NCBI GenBank assembly: GCA_903856085.1
Contig: CAIOAT010000029.1
Coordinates: 3,507-67,506 of the forward strand
Length of the DNA stretch: 64,000 nucleotides
Direction of reading: 5' to 3'
DNA from: Candidatus Omnitrophota bacterium
GTDB lineage: Bacteria > Omnitrophota > Omnitrophia > Omnitrophales > Aquincolibacteriaceae
Position 1 is the first letter of the stretch; every line of letters begins with the position of its first letter. Below, one piece after another: positions 41,621-51,723 of the stretch. Below the pieces are notes generated by a model. It was given only the letters and a program-made list of their open reading frames with translations. It made no database searches and was not told the DNA's origin. A program made the position numbers and the translations under genes.

Positions 41621-43027
41621 ATGACAGCCCAAGGCGCCATTCCTGAAAAGAAGAAAAGACCAGGACGGAAAGCGATCGGCATTCGGCTTGAAAGAAAAAA
41701 AGATGCGAGCCTGCTTAACTGGAATCTTAAGCGTCCTTATCCTCCCGAAAAGATACACATTCCCATCCCCGTAGCTGCAGAGCCGTGTGTTCGGGTCGGA
41801 GACATTGTTCAGACGGGACAAAAGATCGCAGAGCCGAAGGGGCCGGGAGGTGTAAGCCTTCACGCCAGCATGCCAGGAGTCGTGGAAAGGATCGAGAATT
41901 TTCCCGATGCGGTGGGACGGAAAAGTTTGATGATTGAAATCCGCAAGCACGGGGAACCCAAGCCTATTCCGGCTGCGGAAGCTCGCAAAGGATGGACCGA
42001 GATTCCGGCAGAAGAGCTCTTGAGGATTTTTCAATATTCCGGGCTTGTGACCACGGACCCACGCATGGAACCCGTTCACGTCAAGCTTGGACGACATGCC
42101 GGAGCGCGAACGATCATCATCAACGGTTGTGAACCAGAGCCTTACATCACCGGCGAACAAGTGCTCACCCTTTCGCATCCCGTGGAAATATTAAAAGGCG
42201 CTGAATTACTCAAAAAAGCCCTCGGCGCGGTTCCCACACCGATCAATTTCAGAGGGTCTGAAATGGGGGCCGTCCCGGCTACCGTCGATCCACAGAAAAT
42301 AAAAATTGGGGCGGAAAAAATCATTTTTGCACTTGAGAACTCAAACCTGGAGATGATGGAGCTCATTAAGAGCAAGATCTACTTTCTGAAGTGGGAGCAC
42401 GCCGAAGTGCGGAGCGTGCCTGCGCTTTACCCGCAGGGTTTGGAAAGCACCCTGCTTCAGGCATGGTTTCCGGGGGAGGAGGAGAAGGCTGTTGTGTTCC
42501 CGGCATCTACGGCATTCGCAGCCTATGAAGCCGTCGCACTAGGGAAATCTTTTTATGAAAAAGTCGTGACCGTGGGAGGCGAATGTGTGGTTGAACCACG
42601 CAGTCTTTGGCTGCCGATCGGAATCTCATTCCACGATGCGATCCAAGCCTGCAAAGGAGTCATGCGCGAGCCGCAAAAGATCCTGATGGGTGGGCCGATG
42701 GCCGGGACAGTGCAGGCGACATCGGAAGTTCCCGTGATGGTCGGTACGACTGCCATCCTCGCGCTTCCCAAAGAGGTTGTAAAAGATGCGATAGCGGAAC
42801 CCTGCATTCGATGCAATCTTTGCGTGGACCATTGTCCCGTCTCGCTTTCACCGGCGATGATCACGTTGGCTGCGGACCAAAAAGAATTCGCGACTGCGGA
42901 GGAATGGGGTGTTTCGGAATGCATCGAATGCGGGAATTGCGCCTATGTATGTCCGTCCAAGCGGCCGATGCTGGAGCTGATCCGTTTGGCGCGCTCACGG
43001 GGAGAAGCGGCGGTGGGTCATGGCTGA
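41621..43027 (+). CDS. RnfC/RsxC-like protein with degenerate NADH/FMN site; two 4Fe-4S motifs retained (start uncertain, 41588 or 41621)
   Basis: V.VGD.V.TGQKIAE, INGCEPEPY, YPQG, MGGPMAG, CIRCNLCVDHCP, CIECGNCAYVCPS; the G.GGAGFP loop is replaced by TTDPRMEP. Confidence 0.88.
   Translation: MTAQGAIPEKKKRPGRKAIGIRLERKKDASLLNWNLKRPYPPEKIHIPIPVAAEPCVRVGDIVQTGQKIAEPKGPGGVSLHASMPGVVERIENFPDAVGRKSLMIEIRKHGEPKPIPAAEARKGWTEIPAEELLRIFQYSGLVTTDPRMEPVHVKLGRHAGARTIIINGCEPEPYITGEQVLTLSHPVEILKGAELLKKALGAVPTPINFRGSEMGAVPATVDPQKIKIGAEKIIFALENSNLEMMELIKSKIYFLKWEHAEVRSVPALYPQGLESTLLQAWFPGEEEKAVVFPASTAFAAYEAVALGKSFYEKVVTVGGECVVEPRSLWLPIGISFHDAIQACKGVMREPQKILMGGPMAGTVQATSEVPVMVGTTAILALPKEVVKDAIAEPCIRCNLCVDHCPVSLSPAMITLAADQKEFATAEEWGVSECIECGNCAYVCPSKRPMLELIRLARSRGEAAVGHG
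42230..42313 (+). repeat. Two tandem in-frame 42-bp elements inside the rnfC-like gene
   Basis: LKKALGA-[VPTPINFRGSEMGA][VPATVDPQKIKIGA]-EKIIF. Confidence 0.75.
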
Positions 43028-43877
43028 AGCAACGCTTTCCTATAAAAGAGTTTTGCCGCCACACATCCATTCCACGGCTTCTTTGGCGAAGCGTAATTGG
43101 GGGCAGCTGATCGCACTCGCGCCCCTCTTTGTGACAGCCTGTCTTACCGGGCACGCGGAAATTCTGCGCGTTCTTTTGATTTGCCTGGTGAGCGCAGTCG
43201 CGTTCGAATTTCTGGCGGGGAAGCTTTTTCATAAAAAAGAGAGTCTGCGGAACGGCGAAGCCGTGCTTGCCGCAGCCCTCTTCTCGCTCCTTATGCCTTC
43301 AAGATGTCCCTCCGAGGTTGTGATCCTCGGTGTTTTTAGCGCGGTTTTTGCCGCCAAAGAGCTTTTCGGCGGGACAGGCAACTATCTTTTGCATCCGCTT
43401 CTTCTGGCGCGCGTATTTTTACAGCTTTGTTTCCCCAAAGTCATGTCGGAGCCCATGCTTTTAGCAGGCGACGGTAATATTTGGGTGCTTGCTGCAATCG
43501 GTCTCGGTGGGATCATTTTTTTAAAACAAAAACAAGGCTATTGGAAAACACCGATTCTTTTTATGGCGACCTGTTTTATCTGCGAGGCTTTGTTAGGAGG
43601 GCAGGCGATGCCGTTAACGTTTTTTAGCGCCGTTCTTTTCACAGCCTTCTTTCTTTTGGCCGACCCTGTGACCCTGCCGTTGACGCGGAGAGGTACGATG
43701 CTTTTCGTTCTCTGCGCGGCGCTTTTAAGCTCGCGGCTCAGCTCGGAGGGATTTTCGATCCAAGGAGTCGGTTATGCGATTCTTCTGATGAACCTCCTGA
43801 CGCCTTGGCTAGAGGTCTGGCTCAAGCCCACTCCGTACAAGACAAAAAACCAATTCAAAGCGACTTATTTGTCATGA
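43020..43877 (+). CDS. RnfD-like membrane protein lacking the FMN-attachment loop
   Basis: PPHIH, AKELFGGTGNYLLHP..LAR.FL, AFFLLADPVT.P.T, YAILLMNLLTP; no (S/T)GAT or GETS. Confidence 0.85.
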   Translation: MAEATLSYKRVLPPHIHSTASLAKRNWGQLIALAPLFVTACLTGHAEILRVLLICLVSAVAFEFLAGKLFHKKESLRNGEAVLAAALFSLLMPSRCPSEVVILGVFSAVFAAKELFGGTGNYLLHPLLLARVFLQLCFPKVMSEPMLLAGDGNIWVLAAIGLGGIIFLKQKQGYWKTPILFMATCFICEALLGGQAMPLTFFSAVLFTAFFLLADPVTLPLTRRGTMLFVLCAALLSSRLSSEGFSIQGVGYAILLMNLLTPWLEVWLKPTPYKTKNQFKATYLS

Positions 43878-43981
43878 ATATAAAAAAAGTAGCAATGGTG
43901 GCAGCGCAATATCTATTCCTGGTGTTTTTTTTGGCATTGCTCGCGGCGATCCTTTACGCGGCACAACTTTTAAGAGGATGA
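43874..43981 (+). CDS. 35-aa single-TM protein in the rnfG position (mini-RnfG)
   Basis: Not in the ORF track. ATGA-coupled to the rnfD-like stop; MNIKKVAMVAAQYLFLVFFLALLAAILYAAQLLRG. Confidence 0.6.
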   Translation: MNIKKVAMVAAQYLFLVFFLALLAAILYAAQLLRG

Positions 43982-44003
43982 ACATGACAGAAGGCCCGGT
44001 TCT

Positions 44004-44582
44004 ATGAAATTACCCGAAAGCCTTTTCTCGAGGATGTTTCTGGCTTACCTTCCCTTTATGGTCTATCCGTACGGTTTTTTCAAGGCCGGCGTTGCAGCGC
44101 TGTGGATCGTCGGCTTTCTCTGGGGCACGGTTACTTTTTTCTGGTTCACGCGTCGCCTTTTCCCTGGCCGTTCTCTAAAACACGCCTTCTTCCTCTGGCT
44201 TATTGTATGGGCACAAGCCGTATGGACGCTCACGAAATTGCCGCCCTACTGGATCGTGAGCGTTTTCTTCCTAACGCCTGTTTCTTTTCTTGACGACGCG
44301 GCGAACCCAAGCCATGTTCGTGTGTTTTCCAAAGAAGTGCCCCGGTATTTTTTTGAACGCGCGCTAGCCGGGGTCGGCTTTGCGGGTTTCGTGATACTGT
44401 TGGCGCTCGTTCGAGAGATCGGTGAAAAACGTCTTGGGATACAAGCGTTCGAGCAGCCGGCGGGCTTGTTGCTTGTGATCGCGGTCGTTGCTTTCTTGTG
44501 GAAAAACCAACCGTACCATATGCGGTCCCAGCGTCCACCCGTTCCAGAAAACTTAAAACTGGGACGGTCCAAGTTCCCATAA
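44004..44582 (+). CDS. Highly diverged RnfE-like membrane protein (no cysteines)
   Basis: Multi-TM; G.GF....LALVREIG and F.QPAG.L correspond to RnfE LG..REILG / F..PPGAF; gene position fits. Confidence 0.65.
   Translation: MKLPESLFSRMFLAYLPFMVYPYGFFKAGVAALWIVGFLWGTVTFFWFTRRLFPGRSLKHAFFLWLIVWAQAVWTLTKLPPYWIVSVFFLTPVSFLDDAANPSHVRVFSKEVPRYFFERALAGVGFAGFVILLALVREIGEKRLGIQAFEQPAGLLLVIAVVAFLWKNQPYHMRSQRPPVPENLKLGRSKFP
44525..44566 (+). repeat. 42-bp palindromic element at the 3' end of the rnfE-like gene
   Basis: GTCCCAG...CTGGGAC terminal inverted repeat; CGGTCC recurs 42 bp apart. Confidence 0.7.
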
Positions 44583-44610
44583 ATGGAAACAAAGACTTTG
44601 CGGAGATAAA

Positions 44611-45117
44611 ATGTATTTTTTGATCATCACCTTTGGCTTTTTGTTGGCAATGCGCGGCGCGAGGCCTGCGCCTCTACAAAGACCCGGCGAAGGACTCGGG
44701 CGCATTTGGAGCGAAGCCACAGATTTTTTTCTTACCACGAGTTTGATCCTTGCTCTTTGGGCGCTTGCCATGGCTTTTGGAAAAACCCAAGCGGGGGCTC
44801 GGGAATATGCGGTCGCGGGGCTTGGAATAGCGGCCTATCTGTTTTCACGGTATCAGAAAAAAACCGATACCTTCTTCCTTTCCGTGTTAGCGAGTGTTTT
44901 TATGATTCTCTCAAGAGAGCCCGATCTTTTGTGGGGGATTTTTCTTGCCTGGATTGTGAGTTCGGGGATCGCGCTTTTTCAGACCTGTTTTCTAGGTTTA
45001 AGATACAAACTTCTTTTTTCGCACGTTCCGACCGCCATGAAGGGATGGCCCATCCTGTGTCTTTTGGCTGGATTGATCTCTGTTGTTTTGCGGAATCTCG
45101 GGAGCTTGGTTTTCTAA
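44611..45117 (+). CDS. Highly diverged RnfA-like membrane protein
   Basis: C-terminus FLGLRYKL..SHVP.AMKGWPILCLLAGLIS matches RnfA FAGIRERL...DVP..FKG.PIALITAGLMS. Confidence 0.7.
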   Translation: MYFLIITFGFLLAMRGARPAPLQRPGEGLGRIWSEATDFFLTTSLILALWALAMAFGKTQAGAREYAVAGLGIAAYLFSRYQKKTDTFFLSVLASVFMILSREPDLLWGIFLAWIVSSGIALFQTCFLGLRYKLLFSHVPTAMKGWPILCLLAGLISVVLRNLGSLVF

Positions 45118-45193
45118 GGTTTTGGTTTAGAAAGTCGACAATAACGAGAAGAAGCGTTTTACCTCAACGAATTCATTTTAAAGGAGCTTTCTC

Positions 45194-46279
45194 ATGGCCA
45201 TTGAAGACATTCTGTTAGGAGCGGTTGAAAAAGAAGCTTCGGACATACATCTTACTGTGGGCCGTCCCGTGACCTACCGCATGGTCGGATCCCTGGTCTC
45301 AGTGGGCGAGAAGATATTGACCCAGCAGGATACCGAGGCCTTTGCCAAAGAAGTTACGACCGAAGTTCAGCGCAAAAAGATCGAAGAGGTCGGCGGCATC
45401 GATTTTGGGTTTTCGTTCAGAGACAGGGCGCGCTTTCGTGTCTCCTGCTTCAAACAGCAAGGCCATTACTCGCTTGTGTTACGCCTTCTCCCGGCCAAGT
45501 TTTACAGCTTTCAGGATATTGGATTGCCGATGCAATTGATCGAGACGTTAAGCCTGCCGCGTGGACTGGTTCTTGTGACGGGTCCCACGGGGTGCGGTAA
45601 AACGACCACCCTCGCGACGATGCTCAATTACATCAATGAAAATTTCCCAAAACACATTATCACAGCGGAAGATCCGGTCGAATTTATGCACCATCACAAG
45701 AAGTGTGTGGTGACGCAGCGCGAGGTTGGGGACGACGTCCCGAGTTTTTCAGAAGCGATCGTGAAATCTTTGCGCCAAGACCCGGATGTCATTCTTATCG
45801 GAGAGATGAGGGATCTGGCGACCATGGAATCCGCCATTCGCGCTGCCGAAACCGGCCATCTAGTATTCTCCACACTTCACACCACAGGTGCTGCCCGAAC
45901 GGTCGACCGCATTATCGACGTCTTTCCGGCCTATCAACAGCCGCTGGTCCGCGTTCAGCTTTCTTCCACCATTGTTGCGGTAATCTCGCAGGTGCTTGTG
46001 CCGCGTCTGGATGGCAATGGGCGCGTGGCGGCGTTCGAGATCATGTTCGCGACTCCGGCCATCCGTAACCTCATTCGCGAAGGTAAGACCTACCAGATTC
46101 TTTCCGAGCTTCAGACCGGTTCGCGCTATGGCATGATCATGCTGGACGATTACCTCAAACAGCTTTACGCGCAGGGCATTATCGGTTATGAAGCTGCACT
46201 CGAATTCGCCGTGGATCCTCGCGAGCTTGGCCTCCAGCTTTCCAGGGTTCAGCCCGTAAACAGGGGCAGAGGCAGGTAA
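45194..46279 (+). CDS. pilT: Type IV pilus retraction ATPase PilT
   Basis: ASDIHL, GPTGCGKTTT, EDPVE, LRQDPDVILIGEMRD, ETGHLVFSTLHT, AIRNLIRE. Confidence 0.95.
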   Translation: MAIEDILLGAVEKEASDIHLTVGRPVTYRMVGSLVSVGEKILTQQDTEAFAKEVTTEVQRKKIEEVGGIDFGFSFRDRARFRVSCFKQQGHYSLVLRLLPAKFYSFQDIGLPMQLIETLSLPRGLVLVTGPTGCGKTTTLATMLNYINENFPKHIITAEDPVEFMHHHKKCVVTQREVGDDVPSFSEAIVKSLRQDPDVILIGEMRDLATMESAIRAAETGHLVFSTLHTTGAARTVDRIIDVFPAYQQPLVRVQLSSTIVAVISQVLVPRLDGNGRVAAFEIMFATPAIRNLIREGKTYQILSELQTGSRYGMIMLDDYLKQLYAQGIIGYEAALEFAVDPRELGLQLSRVQPVNRGRGR

Positions 46280-46292
46280 AGATAAATAAAAC

Positions 46293-46321
46293 TTGACCGG
46301 GCTAGGGGGCTTGGGTATCCT
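46293..46321 (+). promoter_or_regulatory. Sigma70-type promoter upstream of polA
   Basis: TTGACC-17 bp-TATCCT. Confidence 0.65.
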
Positions 46322-46535
46322 ATGTCGCCTTCGTGCCGTTTTTCATTCGTTTTAACGGTGCAGTCCGGGTCTTTCATTTCCAGAGCGGTTGACTTGGGTG
46401 AGCAGGGAAGGCGATTTGAAGTCCACGAAAAGAGACAAAATTCCAATTTAATCCCAGCGAGCAAGCGCCCCTTTTAGCTCTTTCCGCGTATTTTTCCTAA
46501 GAATCTAGAGAAAACCCGAAGATCCAATCATTAAA

Positions 46536-49292
46536 ATGATAACGAAGACCCCGAAGGCCTCTCAAAGCCGCCCTGAGAAGCAGGGTGAGCCGCGCCTTGC
46601 CTTACAGGCCAGGGAAAAACTGTTCCTGGTGGACGGCCACTCGCTCTGCTACCGGGCCTTTTACGCGATCCCGAATCTGACGAATTCAAAGGGAGAGCCC
46701 ACGAACGCCCTTTACGGGTTCGTGACCATGATGCGCAGGCTTATGGAGGAGCAGAAGCCGGGACATGTTGCCATGTGTTTTGACCGGAAAGAGCCGACCT
46801 TTCGGCATGAACAATATAAGGAATACAAGGCGCATCGCAAACCCATGCCTGAAGAGCTCGTGAAACAGATCGAGCCTATCAAGGAATTTTGCCGGATCTC
46901 CAAATGGGCGATCTTTGAAAAGGCGGGGTACGAGGCGGATGATGTGATCGGGACCTTGGCAAGGCGAGGAGAAAAAGAAGGCTATCAGATCTTCATTATC
47001 ACGGGGGACAAAGACGCTTTTCAATTAGTCGACGATCGGATCAAGATCCTTCAGCCGCACAAAGAGAACCTGGTCTATGACGCCGAAAAGGTCCGGGAAC
47101 GTTTTAGCGGGCTCGGGCCGGACAAGATCGTGGATATTCTCGCGCTCATGGGAGATGCCTCGGACAATATCCCAGGCGTGCCGGGGATCGGCGAAAAAAC
47201 GGCCATGAAACTCATCCAGCAATTTGGTTCCGTGAACGGCCTTCTCGAGCGACTGGGAGAAGTTTCATCAGAAAAACAAAGACAGAAGATCCAAGAGAAC
47301 ATGGAAGACCTGAAGTTATCCCAAATGCTCGCGACGATCGACACAGACGTGCCGCTTGAGATCGATTGGAATGCTTTGCGCGTGGTTGAACCCGACAACG
47401 CGCCCATGATGGAATTTTTTAAACGGTATGAATTCCGCGGGCTTCTCAAGAGTGTCGCGACGGAGGGATCTCCGGAAGCGAAGGATCGGGATTACAAAGC
47501 GATCCAAACGGTCGAGGAGCTTTCGGCTTTTGCCGAAGCGCTCCGGAAGGTGAAAGCTTTCAGTTTTGATACCGAAACGACCTCGATAGATCCGATGAAG
47601 GCCGCTTTGGTCGGGATGAGTTTTTGCTGGGAGCCTTTCAGGGCTTACTATCTCCCGGTATCCGCCTCTGCGCATCAAGGCCCGGGACTCGCGCTCGAGG
47701 AGATATTACAGGTCGTGAAGCCGGTGCTTGAGGATGAAAAAAGCGCAAAATATGGACAAAATATCAAATACGATGAGATCGTCATGGCGCGTCACGGAGT
47801 ACGGCTTTCGGGCGTCGCGTTCGATACCATGATCGCAAGCTATTTGATCGATCCCGTTAAACGGAATCATAATCTCGATGATATCTCGCTCGAATATTTG
47901 AGCGTGCAAAAGATCACCACCGAGAGCCTCATTGGAAAAGGCGCGAAGCAGATCACGATGGACGCGGTCCCTCTCGATCAGATCACCGCTTATGCCTGCG
48001 AAGATGCGGATTGCGTGACGCGGCTTGTGCCGATCCTTAAAGCCAAGCTTGAGGAACTCGGACTGACGGAACTTTATGAAAAAGTCGAGATGCCTTTATC
48101 GGGTGTTTTGGCCCGGATCGAAATGAACGGTGTGGCGCTGGATTTGAAATTTCTAAAAGAACTTTCAGAAAAAGCCGGCGGGGAAATCGACGCTCTCGTG
48201 AAGGATATTCACGCGGATGCCGGGACGGAATTTAATCTGGATTCCCCGAAACAACTTGCAGACGTGCTTTTTGTTCAAAAAAAATTGCCGGCCTTGAAAA
48301 AGATCAAAACAGGCTATTCAACCGACGCGAGCGTACTTGAAAAACTTGCGGTTTCCCATGAACTGCCGCGGAAGATCCTGGAATACCGGGAGCGCGCGAA
48401 GTTGAGATCCACGTACCTGGACGCTTTGCCGGAGATGGTGAACGCCGAGACGCATTGCGTTCATACGTCATTTAATCAGACGACCACGGACACAGGACGG
48501 CTTTCGAGCTCAGATCCGAATCTTCAGAATATCCCGATCAAGACTGAGATGGGCCGGCTGGTCCGGAAAGCCTTTGTAGCGCGGCCGCGTCCAAAAGGAA
48601 AAGGGAAGATCCTTTCCGCGGACTACTCTCAGATCGAGTTGAGAGTGCTCGCGCATTTTTCCGGAGATCCAAATCTGACAAAAGCGTTCGCGGAGGACAG
48701 GGACATTCATACGTTCACAGCGACACTTCTTTATGGCGTGAATGAAAAGGATGTTACGCGCGAAATGCGGAATGCCGCGAAGACCATCAATTTCAGCATT
48801 GTGTACGGCAAGACAAGCTACGGGCTTTCGCAGGATCTGAATATGTCGATCCCGGAAGCAGATCAGTTTATCAAAAATTACTTCGTGCGCTACGCCAAGG
48901 TAAAAGAATTCCTGGACGCGCAAAAGGAAAAAGCTAAAAAAGATGGATTTCTGACCACGCTTCTCGGGAGGCGCTCTTATTTTCCGAATATTAACGCCTC
49001 CAACATGCAATTGCGTCAGTACGCCGAACGCTCGGCGATTAACGCGCCGATCCAAGGATCGGCGGCGGACCTGATCAAGATCGCGATGATCGCGATCCAG
49101 GGGCGGCTTGAAAAGGAACAAAGTGAAAGCCTGATGATCATGCAGGTGCATGACGAGTTGGTGTTCGATGCGCCCTCAGGCGAGATCGATGCGCTCACCG
49201 CGCTAGTGAAGGAAGAGATGGAAGGGGCCTATAAGCTCAAAGTGCCACTTAAGGCGGATATGACCGTGGGGGAAACATGGTACAAAAAATAG
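46536..49292 (+). CDS. polA: DNA polymerase I
   Basis: 5'-3' exonuclease (DGHSLCYRAFYA, EADD), 3'-5' exonuclease (FDTET), DYSQIELR, AKTINF...YG, QVHDEL. Confidence 0.98.
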   Translation: MITKTPKASQSRPEKQGEPRLALQAREKLFLVDGHSLCYRAFYAIPNLTNSKGEPTNALYGFVTMMRRLMEEQKPGHVAMCFDRKEPTFRHEQYKEYKAHRKPMPEELVKQIEPIKEFCRISKWAIFEKAGYEADDVIGTLARRGEKEGYQIFIITGDKDAFQLVDDRIKILQPHKENLVYDAEKVRERFSGLGPDKIVDILALMGDASDNIPGVPGIGEKTAMKLIQQFGSVNGLLERLGEVSSEKQRQKIQENMEDLKLSQMLATIDTDVPLEIDWNALRVVEPDNAPMMEFFKRYEFRGLLKSVATEGSPEAKDRDYKAIQTVEELSAFAEALRKVKAFSFDTETTSIDPMKAALVGMSFCWEPFRAYYLPVSASAHQGPGLALEEILQVVKPVLEDEKSAKYGQNIKYDEIVMARHGVRLSGVAFDTMIASYLIDPVKRNHNLDDISLEYLSVQKITTESLIGKGAKQITMDAVPLDQITAYACEDADCVTRLVPILKAKLEELGLTELYEKVEMPLSGVLARIEMNGVALDLKFLKELSEKAGGEIDALVKDIHADAGTEFNLDSPKQLADVLFVQKKLPALKKIKTGYSTDASVLEKLAVSHELPRKILEYRERAKLRSTYLDALPEMVNAETHCVHTSFNQTTTDTGRLSSSDPNLQNIPIKTEMGRLVRKAFVARPRPKGKGKILSADYSQIELRVLAHFSGDPNLTKAFAEDRDIHTFTATLLYGVNEKDVTREMRNAAKTINFSIVYGKTSYGLSQDLNMSIPEADQFIKNYFVRYAKVKEFLDAQKEKAKKDGFLTTLLGRRSYFPNINASNMQLRQYAERSAINAPIQGSAADLIKIAMIAIQGRLEKEQSESLMIMQVHDELVFDAPSGEIDALTALVKEEMEGAYKLKVPLKADMTVGETWYKK

Positions 49293-49891
49293 TCGTGGGC
49301 CTCACCGGCGGGTTCGGGGTCGGGAAGAGCTCAGTCGCGCAGCGTTTCAAGAATTTTGGCGCGGAGGTGATTGATGCCGACGATATTGCACATGCCGCCA
49401 TGAAAAAAGGCAGTCCTGTTTTTGATGCGGTGATCGAACTTTTCCAAGAGGCGCTTCATCCGGGAGGAAAAAAAATGGACCGGGAACAACTCGCGGAGAT
49501 CGTCTTCGCGGATCCCAAGAGGCGTAAAGAGCTTGAAGCGGTCATTCATCCCTACGTGTATCAAAAGATCAAGGAAAAGATCGAAGCCTCCGAACACCGC
49601 GTGATTATTGTGGAAGTGCCGCTTCTCTTTGAGGCTGGTTTTGAAACGCTTTGCGATAAGGTCCTGGTCGTGACCTGCAACTCGACTGTCAAAATGAAAC
49701 GTCTTAAACGTAAGAGATTCCCAGAGCAGGAAGTGCGGGCGCGCGAGCGGGCCCAGATGCCTGAGGCGCTGAAAGCGCAGAAGGCAGATTTTTTAATCGA
49801 TAATTCGAAGTCTATTTATCAAACACAAAGGGAGATCGAACGGTTTTGGTATAAGTTCTTCTCTCTTTCTAAAGGAGCCAACAAACCATGA
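49277..49891 (+). CDS. coaE: Dephospho-CoA kinase
   Basis: [29 protein letters not shown]. Confidence 0.93.
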   Translation: MVQKIVVGLTGGFGVGKSSVAQRFKNFGAEVIDADDIAHAAMKKGSPVFDAVIELFQEALHPGGKKMDREQLAEIVFADPKRRKELEAVIHPYVYQKIKEKIEASEHRVIIVEVPLLFEAGFETLCDKVLVVTCNSTVKMKRLKRKRFPEQEVRARERAQMPEALKAQKADFLIDNSKSIYQTQREIERFWYKFFSLSKGANKP

Positions 49892-51321
49892 CAAGAGAAA
49901 CAAGAGACATTCGGGAACCCAGAGAAAGATCCCACTCCCATCATCGCCGGGCTGAGGAAGGCAACGCGAAACCACGTCCGCCGCGCATGATGCAAGAAGA
50001 CGCGGCCGCCAACGGCGAAGCCCTGGAAAAGGCGCTGCAGCAGCAAAAATCTGGCGAAAAACCGCTCGATGTGGTCAGCCTGAAGCAGATGAAGATCAGC
50101 GAGCTTCAGAAAATGGCGCATAAATTCAACGTCGAGAACGTTGCCGGGCTCAAGCGTCAGGACCTGATCTTTAAGATCCTTCAAGGGCAGGCCCAGCAGT
50201 CGGGGCTCATGTTCGGGGAAGGCGTTCTGGAGATCCTGGAAGACGGCTTCGGATTCCTGCGTTCTCCCAATTACAATTATCTCCCCTCGCCGGATGACAT
50301 CTATGTCAGTCCGAGTCAGATCCGTCGGTTCAATTTGAGGACCGGAGACGTGGTGGGAGGACTGATCCGTCCGCCGAAAGAGGGCGAGCGTTATTTTGCC
50401 CTGCTCAAGGTCGAGCTCATCAATTTTGAGGCACCGGACAGCGCGAAGGACAAGATCGCGTTCGACAATCTCACGCCGCTTTATCCGGACCAACGGATCA
50501 AGCTTGAAACTACGCAAGAAGAAGTCTCAATGCGCGTGATGGATCTTCTGACGCCGATCGGCTTTGGCCAGAGAGGACTTATCGTGGCGCCGCCTTACAG
50601 TGGTAAAACGATTCTGCTCCAGAAGCTCGCCAACAGCATCACGACGAATCATCCGGATTCGTATCTGATCGTTCTTCTGATCGACGAACGTCCGGAGGAA
50701 GTGACGGACATGCAGCGCTCCGTGAAAGGTGAGGTCATTGCCTCGACCTTTGACGAGCCTGCCGACCGGCATGTTCAGGTTGCGGAGATCGTGTTGGAAA
50801 AAGCGAAGCGTCTTGTGGAGCACAAACGCGACGTCGTGATCCTTCTCGACAGTATCACCCGTCTTGCGCGTGCTTACAATACCGTAGCGCCGCATTCGGG
50901 AAAGATCCTTTCCGGCGGCGTGGATTCGAACGCGCTCCATAAGCCCAAACGATTCTTTGGTTCGGCCCGGAACGTGGAAGAAGGCGGCAGCATCACGATC
51001 ATCGCTACCGCGCTCGTGGATACGGGATCCCGCATGGACGAAGTCATCTTCGAAGAGTTCAAGGGTACGGGCAATATGGAGCTCCAGCTGGACCGCAATC
51101 TCTTCCAGCGCAGGATCTATCCGGCCATTGATGTGAAGAAATCCAATACGCGCAAAGAGGATCTCCTGATTCCCGCCGAGGAGCTCAACCGGGTGTGGAT
51201 CCTTCGCAAGGTCTTGAACGAGCTGAACCCGTCGGAAGCGATGGAGCTTCTGGTGGACCGTCTTAAAAAAACCAAATCCAACGCTGATTTTCTTATCAGC
51301 ATGAATAAAGCAAAGGAGTAA
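49888..51321 (+). CDS. rho: Transcription termination factor Rho
   Basis: [42 protein letters not shown]. Confidence 0.98.
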   Translation: MTRETRDIREPRERSHSHHRRAEEGNAKPRPPRMMQEDAAANGEALEKALQQQKSGEKPLDVVSLKQMKISELQKMAHKFNVENVAGLKRQDLIFKILQGQAQQSGLMFGEGVLEILEDGFGFLRSPNYNYLPSPDDIYVSPSQIRRFNLRTGDVVGGLIRPPKEGERYFALLKVELINFEAPDSAKDKIAFDNLTPLYPDQRIKLETTQEEVSMRVMDLLTPIGFGQRGLIVAPPYSGKTILLQKLANSITTNHPDSYLIVLLIDERPEEVTDMQRSVKGEVIASTFDEPADRHVQVAEIVLEKAKRLVEHKRDVVILLDSITRLARAYNTVAPHSGKILSGGVDSNALHKPKRFFGSARNVEEGGSITIIATALVDTGSRMDEVIFEEFKGTGNMELQLDRNLFQRRIYPAIDVKKSNTRKEDLLIPAEELNRVWILRKVLNELNPSEAMELLVDRLKKTKSNADFLISMNKAKE

Positions 51322-51325
51322 CAAA

Positions 51326-51649
51326 ATGAAAAAAGAAATTCATCCGAAATACGGTCCTTCCACCATTCAGTGCGCGTGCGGCAACACGATCGAGACCCGC
51401 AGCGTGATGCCTCAGATGCGAGTGGACATCTGTTCAAGCTGTCATCCGTTCTTTACGGGCAAGCAGAAGATCCTGGATACCGCCGGGCGCATTGACCGGT
51501 TCAAAAAGAAGTTTCAGGACCGCGTGGCCGTCAACAAAAAAACGACCAAAGTCATGCCTAAGATGCCGGTGAAGCTCAAGTTCTCTGAGGATACCCGGAA
51601 AGAAAAACTCCAGGCGTTGAAAGACAAGGTCAAAGCCCAGGGCAAGTAA
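51326..51649 (+). CDS. rpmE: 50S ribosomal protein L31 (Zn-binding type, C-terminally extended)
   Basis: [33 protein letters not shown]. Confidence 0.95.
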   Translation: MKKEIHPKYGPSTIQCACGNTIETRSVMPQMRVDICSSCHPFFTGKQKILDTAGRIDRFKKKFQDRVAVNKKTTKVMPKMPVKLKFSEDTRKEKLQALKDKVKAQGK

Positions 51650-51723
51650 AGGCCCTGAAAGCCGCTTCATGTACCACGGGCCACATAAAGGTGGTGCGTG
51701 GGTTGTGAAATGGGCCCTTTCTT

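Noticed and set aside
42230-42313. 42-bp units or heptamer arrays as a CRISPR array
   Set aside because: No identical repeats with unique spacers and no cas genes in the window.
49819-51324. Long antisense ORFs over rho, and similar ones over gyrA, murA, bioF and polA
   Set aside because: Antisense shadows expected from codon bias; no motifs or RBS.
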